Of a stretch of DNA of 52,486 nucleotides, positions 26,680 to 35,328 are shown piece by piece; position 1 is the stretch's first letter, and every line of letters begins with the position of its first letter. The stretch is from Minisyncoccota bacterium (GTDB lineage: Bacteria; Patescibacteriota; Minisyncoccia; Phycocordibacterales; JABMNX01). Below the pieces are notes generated by a model, which was given only the letters and a program-made list of their open reading frames with translations, was not told the origin of the DNA and ran no database searches. Location: positions 1 through 52,486 of the forward strand of contig JAPHQU010000008.1 in the NCBI GenBank assembly GCA_026195275.1. Direction: 5' to 3'. The position numbers and the translations under genes are program-made.

Positions 26680-27070
26680 TACGATTTGATCGTGCAGGTT
26701 TGTTTTTTACAGACCTTTGAGAGATATTGAACTGTTCTTGATCCTCCTTTCGCACCATAACAACAAGAGCAATCATAGAAAGTGTCCACGAAGGAATATT
26801 GTTTAGAATTGGGAGCACCTCTGTCACAATCGTCACACCTGCGAGCGCAATCTTTCGTGTCGATAAGAATGAAACACCATTCACTGCTAATACTATACCA
26901 AAAAAACACATCGCGAAGAACGACACTAGTGTATTAAGTATTGCGCCTAAAACCACAAACCCTATGAGTGTGAGAGCCCCTTGTATTAGGTCGGTAATAA
27001 TCGCCGATAAGACCAAGACCAAAGCAAGAGTGTTAGATATCCGCGGTTTAAACTCAGCGTTTGTATCCAT
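26663..27070 (-). CDS. small polytopic membrane protein
   Basis: 135 aa with 3-4 TM helices. Its stop overlaps the next gene's start by 17 nt, consistent with translational coupling. Confidence 0.6.
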   Translation of the reverse strand: MDTNAEFKPRISNTLALVLVLSAIITDLIQGALTLIGFVVLGAILNTLVSFFAMCFFGIVLAVNGVSFLSTRKIALAGVTIVTEVLPILNNIPSWTLSMIALVVMVRKEDQEQFNISQRSVKNKPARSNRNENTL

Positions 27071-27073
27071 AGC

Positions 27074-28909
27074 CTAGGTGCTGGTTGTTGAATCCTCCCC
27101 TATCCCTCGGATTCGCGCCTTGTTCTTCTTCATAGCAAGGATTTGCGACGGATCCGAGGTGATGATCTGGTCTTCAGTGTAGCTCGCGACAACTTTGATT
27201 GCCACATGTTTTAACCCGGCGAAGAAGATCCCCTCTCCCACATCAGACTCAAGAAGCAAATACTTCTCTTCGTCGCTGAGCTTAAACACCTCCTGCACCT
27301 TATCGACCGAAGTTGGCGATTGTTTCATAAGCAGCTGAATGGATGAGTTGCTGATCATAGGTGCGCCATAGGGCGAATCGAGGAAGTCAGACACGTCTTG
27401 GGTGATAGTAGCAAGTCCAAGGAAGTATTTTCGACCACGCTTCGCGATACCAAAGAGGAATGATGCGGTGTCTTCCGACTTCATCATCCACCACGCCTCA
27501 TCAATAACCAGAAGGCGTTTTTTAAGTTGTTTACGGACCATGTTCCAGATAAAGTGCGTGATGATATACATGGCAACCGGCTTCAAGTCGTCTTCCATAT
27601 CACGAACTGAAAAGACTACAAACTTCTTATTGATATCAACATTGGTTGGTCGATTAATAAATCCTGACCACGTGCCGCGCGTGTATTTATGAAGGCGCTG
27701 TACAAGAGACTCACTTCCCTCCATGCCGGCAAGTACGAGTTCAAAGTCGGAGAGAAGCGGTGGCTCGATGTGCGAGAAGTCTGATTGCGGGGTAATGTCT
27801 TTAAGCGCGTACGTTTCCGTAATTGCGTGATCAATAATCGCATCCTCCTCAGGAGTGAGACCACCGAGCATGATGCGGAAGAGCCCAACAAGATTGATGA
27901 TCTGGGAACGAATGATGTCAGCGGGATTCTCATCCTCGCGCGGTATTGGCAAGTCAAATGGGTTGATGTGGTGCTCTGAAGAAAGCGATATATTGAAGTA
28001 GCGCCCACCAGTCGCCTCTGCCATGTATTCGTACTCACGCTCAGGGTCAATCACGATTACCTCAGTATCAAACATAAGTGTGCGTAGTATCTCAAGTTTT
28101 ATGGCGTAGGATTTTCCTGCACCAGACTTCGCGAACATCACTGAGTTGTAGTTCTCAAGTGAGAACCGATCAAAGAGCACTAAGCTTGAGTTGTGGCGGT
28201 TGATGCCGTGGAGTATGCCACGATCAGAGGTGAGATCAAAAGAGATGAACGGGAAAATACTGGAGAGCGGTGACGAGTTGAGCTTTGAATGAACATTAAG
28301 CTCATCGGTTGCGTCGGGGAAGACGCTTCGAAAGCCTTGTTCTTGCTGAAAAAGAGCCGGCTTGAGGTAGACGAGCTTCGACTCAAGCATCGACTTGATC
28401 TCCGACTCTACTTTATCGAGCTCATCTGTTGAGTCGCCGTAGATGGTGATGTAGAGACCAACATCAAAGATCTTCTCCTGCGCTTGTTGGAGTTGGTCAC
28501 GGAGTGCTTCAAGGTCACCATACGCGGTATCGAGCTTTGGGTCGCGGACCAGCCCCTTCTCTTCACGTATTGAGATCTGACTCTGAATTTCAGCGACTTT
28601 CTTCTGAAATTTCCGGAGCACCGCAGCTGTGTCGGTTGGGTGAATCTGGATCGAAACATCAAAGACTTTGTCGAGGTTGATGATTGGTGAGAACCAGCTT
28701 TCATTGAGGAATCGTGGGTATGAGATAACAAAGAACGTGCGGGCGATCTTGTCTCCTAAATGAAGTTCTTTTGGGGTAACCTTGAGTGCTGATGGCGCGA
28801 TCACATCCTTGAGTTCAAGTGCACCTGCGCGAAAAATCTCCTCAGGAAGGATTGGGATGAATGTCTCATCTTTTTTTTGTTCTTTTCTGAAGAAATCAAG
28901 AAATGCCAT
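27074..28909 (-). CDS. virB4: VirB4/TrbE-family type IV secretion ATPase (Gram-positive PrgJ/TraE-like)
   Basis: 611 aa. Walker A FAKSGAGKSYAIK and Walker B RLLVIDEAWWMM, plus ATITQDVSDF. The N-terminal domain pattern ARTFFVISYPRFLNESWFSPIINLDKVFDVSIQIHP is typical of this family. Confidence 0.85.
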   Translation of the reverse strand: MAFLDFFRKEQKKDETFIPILPEEIFRAGALELKDVIAPSALKVTPKELHLGDKIARTFFVISYPRFLNESWFSPIINLDKVFDVSIQIHPTDTAAVLRKFQKKVAEIQSQISIREEKGLVRDPKLDTAYGDLEALRDQLQQAQEKIFDVGLYITIYGDSTDELDKVESEIKSMLESKLVYLKPALFQQEQGFRSVFPDATDELNVHSKLNSSPLSSIFPFISFDLTSDRGILHGINRHNSSLVLFDRFSLENYNSVMFAKSGAGKSYAIKLEILRTLMFDTEVIVIDPEREYEYMAEATGGRYFNISLSSEHHINPFDLPIPREDENPADIIRSQIINLVGLFRIMLGGLTPEEDAIIDHAITETYALKDITPQSDFSHIEPPLLSDFELVLAGMEGSESLVQRLHKYTRGTWSGFINRPTNVDINKKFVVFSVRDMEDDLKPVAMYIITHFIWNMVRKQLKKRLLVIDEAWWMMKSEDTASFLFGIAKRGRKYFLGLATITQDVSDFLDSPYGAPMISNSSIQLLMKQSPTSVDKVQEVFKLSDEEKYLLLESDVGEGIFFAGLKHVAIKVVASYTEDQIITSDPSQILAMKKNKARIRGIGEDSTTST

Positions 28910-28919
28910 GTAGATATTC

Positions 28920-29207
28920 TTAATGAATGTTAGTGAATTTAGAAGCTCTCGACCCTGTTAAATACGACTTGAGGCGATTTTGTAAGAACATTTTACCATG
29001 GTGTGTTTTTAAATACTCCTCACGATGTCGCGCATCAGCTTTATCAAGACAAGCTTCAGCGTAGATGAGTTCACATGGTTGCCTGTCTTTCGTCGATGCT
29101 ACACGACCGCTCTGGTGAGCCTCAAGTCGTCCTTTCAAATCGGTACTATAACCCGTATAGAACATGCCGTCTTTTTTCGATAGCAGTACATATATATAGT
29201 AGAACAT
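28920..29207 (-). CDS. GIY-YIG nuclease family protein
   Basis: 95 aa. FYYIYVLLSKKDGMFYTGYSTDLKGRLEAHQSG matches the GIY-YIG/UPF0213 signature. Confidence 0.85.
   Translation of the reverse strand: MFYYIYVLLSKKDGMFYTGYSTDLKGRLEAHQSGRVASTKDRQPCELIYAEACLDKADARHREEYLKTHHGKMFLQNRLKSYLTGSRASKFTNIH
28952..28963. repeat. left arm of the 12-bp perfect inverted repeat (ACCCTGTTAAAT)
   Basis: Its reverse complement ATTTAACAGGGT occurs at 29226-29237. The pair brackets almost the whole GIY-YIG gene. Confidence 0.8.
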
Positions 29208-29225
29208 AGAAATTGATTTGAAAGG

Positions 29226-29237
29226 ATTTAACAGGGT
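29226..29237. repeat. right arm of the 12-bp inverted repeat (ATTTAACAGGGT)
   Basis: See 28952-28963. Confidence 0.8.
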
Positions 29238-29244
29238 GCGTGCA

Positions 29245-29898
29245 TCATGGTCGCTGCACTCCCTGATTTAACGCAATAGGCTTCTCCTGTTCACCAGGAT
29301 TGAACATTTTATAATAAAGTTCAATAAGCTCTTCGGTATCAAGCTTGATTACACGCACTCCAGAGCGAACTAATCCCTGCTCGACTACCGCCATGCGTTG
29401 TTCAAGTTGTGAGCGACTTTCTTCAAAACTTACATTGCGCGCGTCTTCTTTTTTGTCCTTTTTCCCGAATACTCTAGAGAACGCACCGCCATCCCGACTC
29501 ACAATAGGCGCGGCATATGGGACAATGACAAAGAAGTTCTTGGTCATGATGTTTGAGAGATCCACAAAACTCTTCACAAAGTCTATGTATTCACGGATCT
29601 GTATCTGCATAAGATCGTCAACTGTGTTCTCGAGCTGTTCTTCAAGTAGCGCAACATATGGCCGGATATCAAGCTCACGAGATTGCACGAATATCTGAAC
29701 TGAGAATTCGAGGGAGTTGAGAAAATTCTGAAATTGCGAGAGGATCGCATTCTGTTCATCGGCAGACTTGAGCGCAAAGTTAAGAGAAGACGCGATAAAC
29801 ACACTACGCAATGACCCGTCTTTAAGAACCACAATCCCATCGCGGATCTCTTCTACCGGTACAAAGTCTTGTGAGGCTTTTGTTTTTTGTTCCGCCAT
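29245..29898 (-). CDS. hypothetical protein resembling a stand-alone VirB4 N-terminal (non-ATPase) domain
   Basis: 217 aa with no P-loop. The pattern FVPVEEIRDGIVVLKDGSLRSVFIASSLNFALKSADEQNAILSQFQNFLNSLEFSVQIFVQSRELDIRPY parallels VirB4/TraC N-domains. It sits between the prgI-like gene and virB4. Confidence 0.4.
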   Translation of the reverse strand: MAEQKTKASQDFVPVEEIRDGIVVLKDGSLRSVFIASSLNFALKSADEQNAILSQFQNFLNSLEFSVQIFVQSRELDIRPYVALLEEQLENTVDDLMQIQIREYIDFVKSFVDLSNIMTKNFFVIVPYAAPIVSRDGGAFSRVFGKKDKKEDARNVSFEESRSQLEQRMAVVEQGLVRSGVRVIKLDTEELIELYYKMFNPGEQEKPIALNQGVQRP

Positions 29899-29900
29899 AG

Positions 29901-30341
29901 TTATACGTTCGTCTGGTTATGTGATCCGGTTGCTGGATTAATCGTCTCTTTGATATCAAGACTCCAAGCAAGGTCTTTTAATTTGCTTTCGGAGAGATTA
30001 GGGACCGAGAGTGTCTGTGCTCCTCCCGCCTCCTTTGCTACCGCCTCCTTTTTTGGTGTCGCTTTCTTGCTTTCCCAAAGATAGAGCTTGTTGCCAAGTG
30101 TATAGTTTATCGCGTACTCGAGGATGTTAAGGAGTGGTCGGTTGTTTACCTTATAGAAAGCGAGACCAACAGAGAGTGCAACAACAGGGCCGACCAATAC
30201 GAGCGCAATGTATGTTGGGAGCAAACTCCAAATAACGAACGAAAGCCCGGCTCCCCCCGCCAGATAAATGAATTGTTTAAGTGTTAAAGGGCCGAATATC
30301 TTATCTTCGACCTCAATAAACTGCGGTACTTGGTAGCGCAT
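29901..30341 (-). CDS. PrgI-family (VirB3-like) T4SS membrane protein
   Basis: 146 aa. The N-terminus MRYQVPQFIEVEDKIFGPLTLKQFIYLAGG followed by two TM helices matches the PrgI family signature. Confidence 0.7.
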   Translation of the reverse strand: MRYQVPQFIEVEDKIFGPLTLKQFIYLAGGAGLSFVIWSLLPTYIALVLVGPVVALSVGLAFYKVNNRPLLNILEYAINYTLGNKLYLWESKKATPKKEAVAKEAGGAQTLSVPNLSESKLKDLAWSLDIKETINPATGSHNQTNV

Positions 30342-30347
30342 GTCCTC

Positions 30348-30353
30348 ATTATA
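30348..30353 (-). promoter_or_regulatory. perfect -10 hexamer TATAAT, 6 nt upstream of the prgI-like ATG
   Basis: The minus strand reads GAACGTATAATGAGGACATG. This looks like an internal promoter of the cluster giving a leaderless transcript. Confidence 0.4.
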
Positions 30354-30501
30354 CGTTCTTTAGCGTACAAATTAAACGAGTTTATACACGAGTGATGTTT
30401 GCCAGCTGTTATCAATCATCAGTCACAAGGTGTTACTAACGAACGCCGCGAGCAAGGCTCGCGGCGTATTCACTGATTACCCAACAACTTCTAACCGACG
30501 G

Positions 30502-31080
30502 CTATTCCACTGGTTCTCGATAGGGGTCTACCGCATAACTCCCTTTTGGTGGCTCAAGCTTGATCTCTTTATGTCCTCGCGTGACCACGTCAGCGAATTC
30601 TTCCTTTTGTTCGGTCGGTTGTGGTTGTTGTGTTTGAGGCCGCTTTGGTGAAATAGTGGGTGCAATAGGAGTTTTTGCGGGTTCTTTCGGCGGCATTGAA
30701 GCTGTTTGCTCGAGCTTTTGGGTTGGCGACATTGACCCCTCCTCCGAGACGACAACCTCTGTTGTGCGCGCTTTTAATTCATTGCGAACAGAGAGGAAGA
30801 TATCTTGAGCGACTTCAGTCGCAATCTTTTCTGCCTGATCTTTTGGTATGTTGAGCTCGTGTCGAATATTCTCCTCGTATTTTCCCGCCTCTTCAATGCC
30901 TAAGAGCACCATATAGGTCTCATTCTCGAGGATCTGTCCTTGGTCGAGGTGAAGACGGTATTTTGTTGCAATCTCACGGAGCTTCTCTGCAACCTCAGTT
31001 GAGGTGATCGCCTGCTGGAGCTTTTCCGGAAGCTCGGCGAAACGATCGCGTATGAGTTGGTGTATATTAATATCGTTCAT
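30502..31080 (-). CDS. hypothetical protein, paralogue B of a tandem pair
   Basis: 192 aa. The N-terminal 100 aa is collinear with the neighbouring 175-aa protein (LP..., ST, ET..V..G, IP.D.A..I.TE). Pro/Gln-rich C-terminus. Confidence 0.6.
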   Translation of the reverse strand: MNDINIHQLIRDRFAELPEKLQQAITSTEVAEKLREIATKYRLHLDQGQILENETYMVLLGIEEAGKYEENIRHELNIPKDQAEKIATEVAQDIFLSVRNELKARTTEVVVSEEGSMSPTQKLEQTASMPPKEPAKTPIAPTISPKRPQTQQPQPTEQKEEFADVVTRGHKEIKLEPPKGSYAVDPYREPVE

Positions 31081-31099
31081 GGAATTCTAGAGTTAGTGC

Positions 31100-31627
31100 T
31101 TACTTAAGGTTGGCAAGGAAATCTTTAATATCGACCGTTTTACTGTTCTCTCTGAGCATCTGTCGCACTGTTGCTACTTCGCTTTCCTTCGTCACTTTTG
31201 ATCTCTCTTCAGTGTGCTCAATGGGGGGCTTAATCGCAACCTTCTCTCTCCCTGCAATCCTAGTCGTCGGTGGTGAGCTTAGTTCTTCACGAAGTTCCTC
31301 CTTCTCCTCTTTTTCCAAAAAGTCTGCAAGATCATCGGCAATAGGAACGATTAGGTCTGCAGTGATCTCGGTTGAAATAGTATAGGCTGTATCCTCTGGA
31401 ATCTCCGCCTCTTTTGCGATGTTCGCGCTGAGTTCGGCGAATGGTGATAGCCCCATAATGACAAGTAGTGTCTCGTCGCTGACTGTTTGTGCGACCTCTG
31501 ACGAAAGGGCATATGCGTTTGTCAGCGCGTCTATCTTATCTTCGAGTTTAGTGCTTCGCACGAACTCTCGGATTGAGGGCGGGAGCTTCACATACTGGTC
31601 TTTGATTATGTTACGTACTTGGTTCAT
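31100..31627 (-). CDS. hypothetical protein, paralogue A of a tandem pair
   Basis: 175 aa. See 30502..31080. Acidic C-terminal half. Confidence 0.6.
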   Translation of the reverse strand: MNQVRNIIKDQYVKLPPSIREFVRSTKLEDKIDALTNAYALSSEVAQTVSDETLLVIMGLSPFAELSANIAKEAEIPEDTAYTISTEITADLIVPIADDLADFLEKEEKEELREELSSPPTTRIAGREKVAIKPPIEHTEERSKVTKESEVATVRQMLRENSKTVDIKDFLANLK

Positions 31628-31641
31628 GGTCGTTTCTTACC

Positions 31642-33666
31642 TTATTCTTTTGGTTTCTCATCGCTTTGGCTCGCCTCTTTTTCTTCGTTCTCGTCCTCTT
31701 CCTTTGCGACTTCTTTTGCAAGGTCGGCAAGCTTCTCTTTTTTACTCTTTTCCTTTCGGATTGCGATGGTGGCTTCCTGGTTCTTGCGCGGAACCTTTAT
31801 GCCAAGTCGCTCGATAGTTGAGGTTCCAAGGACGTTTGCGTAACTTTCGGCTCGTTCTTTTCCTATCTTCCCGACTTTTTCTAGCTCACTCTTTGCTTGT
31901 TTCTCTCGCTCTTCCGCCGCGCGAACTTTCGTTTCTATGTTCTCTAGTTCAATGCTTGCGGTATTTATCTGCGTATCGATATCTTGAACTTCCGGGGCAT
32001 ACTCTCCAACGTCCCTTGCGCGTCGCTCTCGCTCTCTGCCGAGGGCGCCGATCCTTTCTTGTGTCGCTCTCTTCTCCTTTAGGACAACCTCCTTTTCCTT
32101 CTCGGCTTTATTTTGGGCAGCTTCGCGAGACTCTCTTAGTTTTGATTCCGTAACAACATCGGGTCCGAGGGTCTTTGCAAAACTCTTGCGGTCTTCAATC
32201 TGTTTTTTGATGACGGCTTCGTACCCACCCTTCTGCGGTTTACCAAGATCTGCCCCTGCACTCTTTGCTACCTCAGTTGCGGCTCTGGTTGCGCGAATAT
32301 CATAGCTCGCTCCTGCTCCCACACGTGTTGCCTTTAGTGCTTGGCGAGCCGCGAAGCCACGCGCGCCACCTTGAGATGCAGCTTCTTTAAGCCCCTCACT
32401 CTGGGAAATATAGCGGAAGCCGCGACCTAAGGTGTGGCGTCCAATGGTGCCAATGGTGCCGAAGGTTGCTTTGCTTGCTAATTGCGAGGCACCTTTCCCT
32501 CCAGCGATTGATAGATTCTTTGCAACCATAATTGCGCCAAGCATCAGTGATGTGAGAATGGAGAAGTTGAGGACCATCTTGATGGCGGCTGTTCTGCCAC
32601 CCGGATCTGCAGCGAGTATTCCCGCGAGTGCTGCGCCGTCTGGAGTGAAGGCGGCGGTAACACCCGGCATGACCTTTGCCACTGCCCAAAAGAGGATAAA
32701 GAGTGCCGGCGCGAAGATCGCGTACTCCCAGAGTTTTTTCCACCACGTCCACGTCCACTTCTGTGTTTGTGGAAGTACGAAGGCAGCAAAGGCAATTGGT
32801 GAGAGGATCATGAGTCCTATAAACCCAACTGCGCGCATAATGAGCATGCCGGCAGCGAAAAAGAATACGAACGCGGCCACCAGGAAGAATATACCAGTGA
32901 AAATTGAGTAAATGAACATAACTCCAATACCGCCATTTTGATAGTTTATCTTGTTGAGTGTTTTTAATATGGTTGTGTTGTCCCAGAGTGACCCAATGCC
33001 GGAGTGATTCATGAACTTGGCAGTGATTCCGGTAAGGGAATCGCCCTCTTGGGAGGTATATATGTCTTGTGACCCAACAATCCCTTGGTAGAACTGAAGT
33101 GCAAAAATATTTGACGCATCGATAACAAACTTCGTGAAGAAGAGACTGAAGTTAATAACAAGTGCGACTAGTATAAGTGTCGCAAGGAGCTTCTTTGCGC
33201 CGTAGTTAGCAACTCCAAGGATCGTCGAGATAGCGATGATCAGAAGTCCGAATATGAAGAATATATTTGCAAGATCGCGCAAAACCCCCCATGTTTCGGT
33301 GATGGCGGTAATATCTGAGAGGTATGTCCCTAATTTAACGACGGTTTCAACCATTACAACGTCGAGCAGTCCGCCGGCAACATACAAGAAGAAGCTCGTG
33401 AGGTAGATCGGCAAGAACGCAATGGTCTCCATGAACGAGTTGAGTGCATCCCTAATCCAACATGCAGGAGAGCTGCAACTGCTTTCAATGAAACCATCAT
33501 TATTATATTGGGTGCCAGGCGGCAGCTCCTCCTCTGTAGGGGGAGCGCTCGTATTTTGTGCGTACGCCGTGTTTAATTGCACGGGGGTGTCGACTACGTC
33601 ACTGCTAAAGGAAACCGGCGTAAGGAGTGCAAGAAGTATAAGGTTGATAAATATGAATTTCTTCAT
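31642..33666 (-). CDS. VirB6/TrbL-like polytopic membrane protein with a long charged C-terminal tail
   Basis: 674 aa. Signal peptide, about 8 TM helices in residues 80-400, then about 200 aa of K/E/R-rich coiled-coil-like sequence. Confidence 0.55.
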   Translation of the reverse strand: MKKFIFINLILLALLTPVSFSSDVVDTPVQLNTAYAQNTSAPPTEEELPPGTQYNNDGFIESSCSSPACWIRDALNSFMETIAFLPIYLTSFFLYVAGGLLDVVMVETVVKLGTYLSDITAITETWGVLRDLANIFFIFGLLIIAISTILGVANYGAKKLLATLILVALVINFSLFFTKFVIDASNIFALQFYQGIVGSQDIYTSQEGDSLTGITAKFMNHSGIGSLWDNTTILKTLNKINYQNGGIGVMFIYSIFTGIFFLVAAFVFFFAAGMLIMRAVGFIGLMILSPIAFAAFVLPQTQKWTWTWWKKLWEYAIFAPALFILFWAVAKVMPGVTAAFTPDGAALAGILAADPGGRTAAIKMVLNFSILTSLMLGAIMVAKNLSIAGGKGASQLASKATFGTIGTIGRHTLGRGFRYISQSEGLKEAASQGGARGFAARQALKATRVGAGASYDIRATRAATEVAKSAGADLGKPQKGGYEAVIKKQIEDRKSFAKTLGPDVVTESKLRESREAAQNKAEKEKEVVLKEKRATQERIGALGRERERRARDVGEYAPEVQDIDTQINTASIELENIETKVRAAEEREKQAKSELEKVGKIGKERAESYANVLGTSTIERLGIKVPRKNQEATIAIRKEKSKKEKLADLAKEVAKEEDENEEKEASQSDEKPKE

Positions 33667-33671
33667 GGTGT

Positions 33672-35324
33672 TTATATATCACTTCCGCGTTGAGGGAATG
33701 ACTCACATGCGCCAAGTTTTGTATTGGTGCTTTGGTTGATTGAGTCGGTGATTTCCTTCAGGTCTTCTTTTTGCTGTTGTGCGATTAGGAAGTCTTGGTT
33801 GTCGCGAATCTCTCCAGCCCTCACTAGAGGATCAAGTTCATCAGCGATAATACGCTCAACGCCCGTACGAGAACTTGCAGCAAGTAAGTTCTCTTTAATA
33901 ATAAGAAGTTTTGAGATTGTGGTTTCTGCCTGATGTATTTCACTCTCAATAAGGTTTTGTAGCGGGGTGATACTTCCAGTAATGGTTGAAGATGCGCTCG
34001 CGATGGCGTTCAATGCAGTCTGCCGCTCCTCAGTGGTGAGCGTTGGTGAGAATGTGGTGCTTAGTTTACCGGTATAACAGGCCTGAAGCGATTCAAGAAG
34101 TGATTCAGAGTTGTTTAAGCGCTCAAGAGACACTCGTTTCTCTGAGATATATGACTGTTCAGTCGCGATTGCCCCTTCAACAGTGCTTACTGCATAGCTT
34201 TTAAAATCTGCTCTAGCCCCGGTATCTGATTGCGAGACGAGTTGATCCACATATGACGGGCGGCTATAACTACTTGAGCTGAGACCGCGGAGCCCTCCTT
34301 GAAGACCACCGAGTGTTTGTTGTGCGAGTTGTCCGAGGAGCGCGCCAATGATCTCATTGATCTCATCGGCAAGTTCAAGTTGGCGGAATCCTGATCCGAG
34401 TGTATTACTCAACTGCTCATTAATAACTACGCCCGGGGTGGCAATGCGGCAGTTGATTCGTGTGTTGCCAATCCCGCCCGATATAACCGGCGCACCACTC
34501 CCCTGCGCGTCTGTTGGTTGGTCACAGATCTCATATGACTTAAAACCGTTTCCCCAATTAAGAATACTGATCTGCCGGTTTTGCTCTTCTGCAATCGCAA
34601 GACGGAGCGACTGCCGTGCACCAAGAAATGAGCCGAGCGCGTTGTTGTTTGGGTTAATCGTGAGATCGAACCACGCATCCCACGCACTTTGGTTGGAGAA
34701 GTCATCAAACGCATCTTGAACATTTTCAATTGCGCCGGTGAGCGTACACGCTGCTTTATCACGTGCCGAAGAGTAGTAGTCAAGTGCGAGTGCAATCTTC
34801 ACATCAATCTTGAATGGGCTACAGAGGAATGCGAGTTCCGACCCTTCGATATATCGCCCAACAACCTGGTCAGCAACATCAAGCATGAACCCTTCAAGAT
34901 CTGAGACGAATGCTGGTTCACCATCAAAGCCGTTATTGATCCAATTTACAATACTTCGGGTTATGCTCGAGATAAGCACCTCACGAATGACCGTGGTGAG
35001 ACCGTCGAGGATACAGTCTTTGTTTTTTATCGTACCGGTGTTTGCGGTGACTGCAGCGTCGTTTGTTGGAACCACAAGTCCGATGAGGCTCGCACCAGCA
35101 CCGATAGCGGCATCAATATACCCACCACCCACACAGGAGAGAATGCCACCTGCCGCAGACCCGTATGACCCGGTACCTGTCTGTGGGTTGTACTCTCCTG
35201 TTCCAAATTCACCAGCATCTTGTGCATATGCAGTCTCAGGCACAAACCCAAAACCAAATGGAGCGACAAGTGCCAAGACAAGAAGGAAAGAAATGGATTT
35301 TTTAATGTGAGTGAATGTGTGCAT
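33672..35324 (-). CDS. large secreted protein of unknown family
   Basis: The ATG at 35324 (MHTFTHIKK) was chosen over the TTG at 35339. Signal peptide ...ETAYAQ. 550 aa with no recognisable domain. Confidence 0.6.
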   Translation of the reverse strand: MHTFTHIKKSISFLLVLALVAPFGFGFVPETAYAQDAGEFGTGEYNPQTGTGSYGSAAGGILSCVGGGYIDAAIGAGASLIGLVVPTNDAAVTANTGTIKNKDCILDGLTTVIREVLISSITRSIVNWINNGFDGEPAFVSDLEGFMLDVADQVVGRYIEGSELAFLCSPFKIDVKIALALDYYSSARDKAACTLTGAIENVQDAFDDFSNQSAWDAWFDLTINPNNNALGSFLGARQSLRLAIAEEQNRQISILNWGNGFKSYEICDQPTDAQGSGAPVISGGIGNTRINCRIATPGVVINEQLSNTLGSGFRQLELADEINEIIGALLGQLAQQTLGGLQGGLRGLSSSSYSRPSYVDQLVSQSDTGARADFKSYAVSTVEGAIATEQSYISEKRVSLERLNNSESLLESLQACYTGKLSTTFSPTLTTEERQTALNAIASASSTITGSITPLQNLIESEIHQAETTISKLLIIKENLLAASSRTGVERIIADELDPLVRAGEIRDNQDFLIAQQQKEDLKEITDSINQSTNTKLGACESFPQRGSDI

Positions 35325-35328
35325 ACGC

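Noticed and set aside
30443-30466. GC-rich hairpin cgccgcgagc-aagg-ctcgcggcg between the 192-aa gene and the prgI-like gene as an operon-internal terminator.
   Set aside because: On the minus strand it is followed by only TTCGTT, with no real T-run. It may be an attenuator or RNA-stability element, but the evidence is weak.
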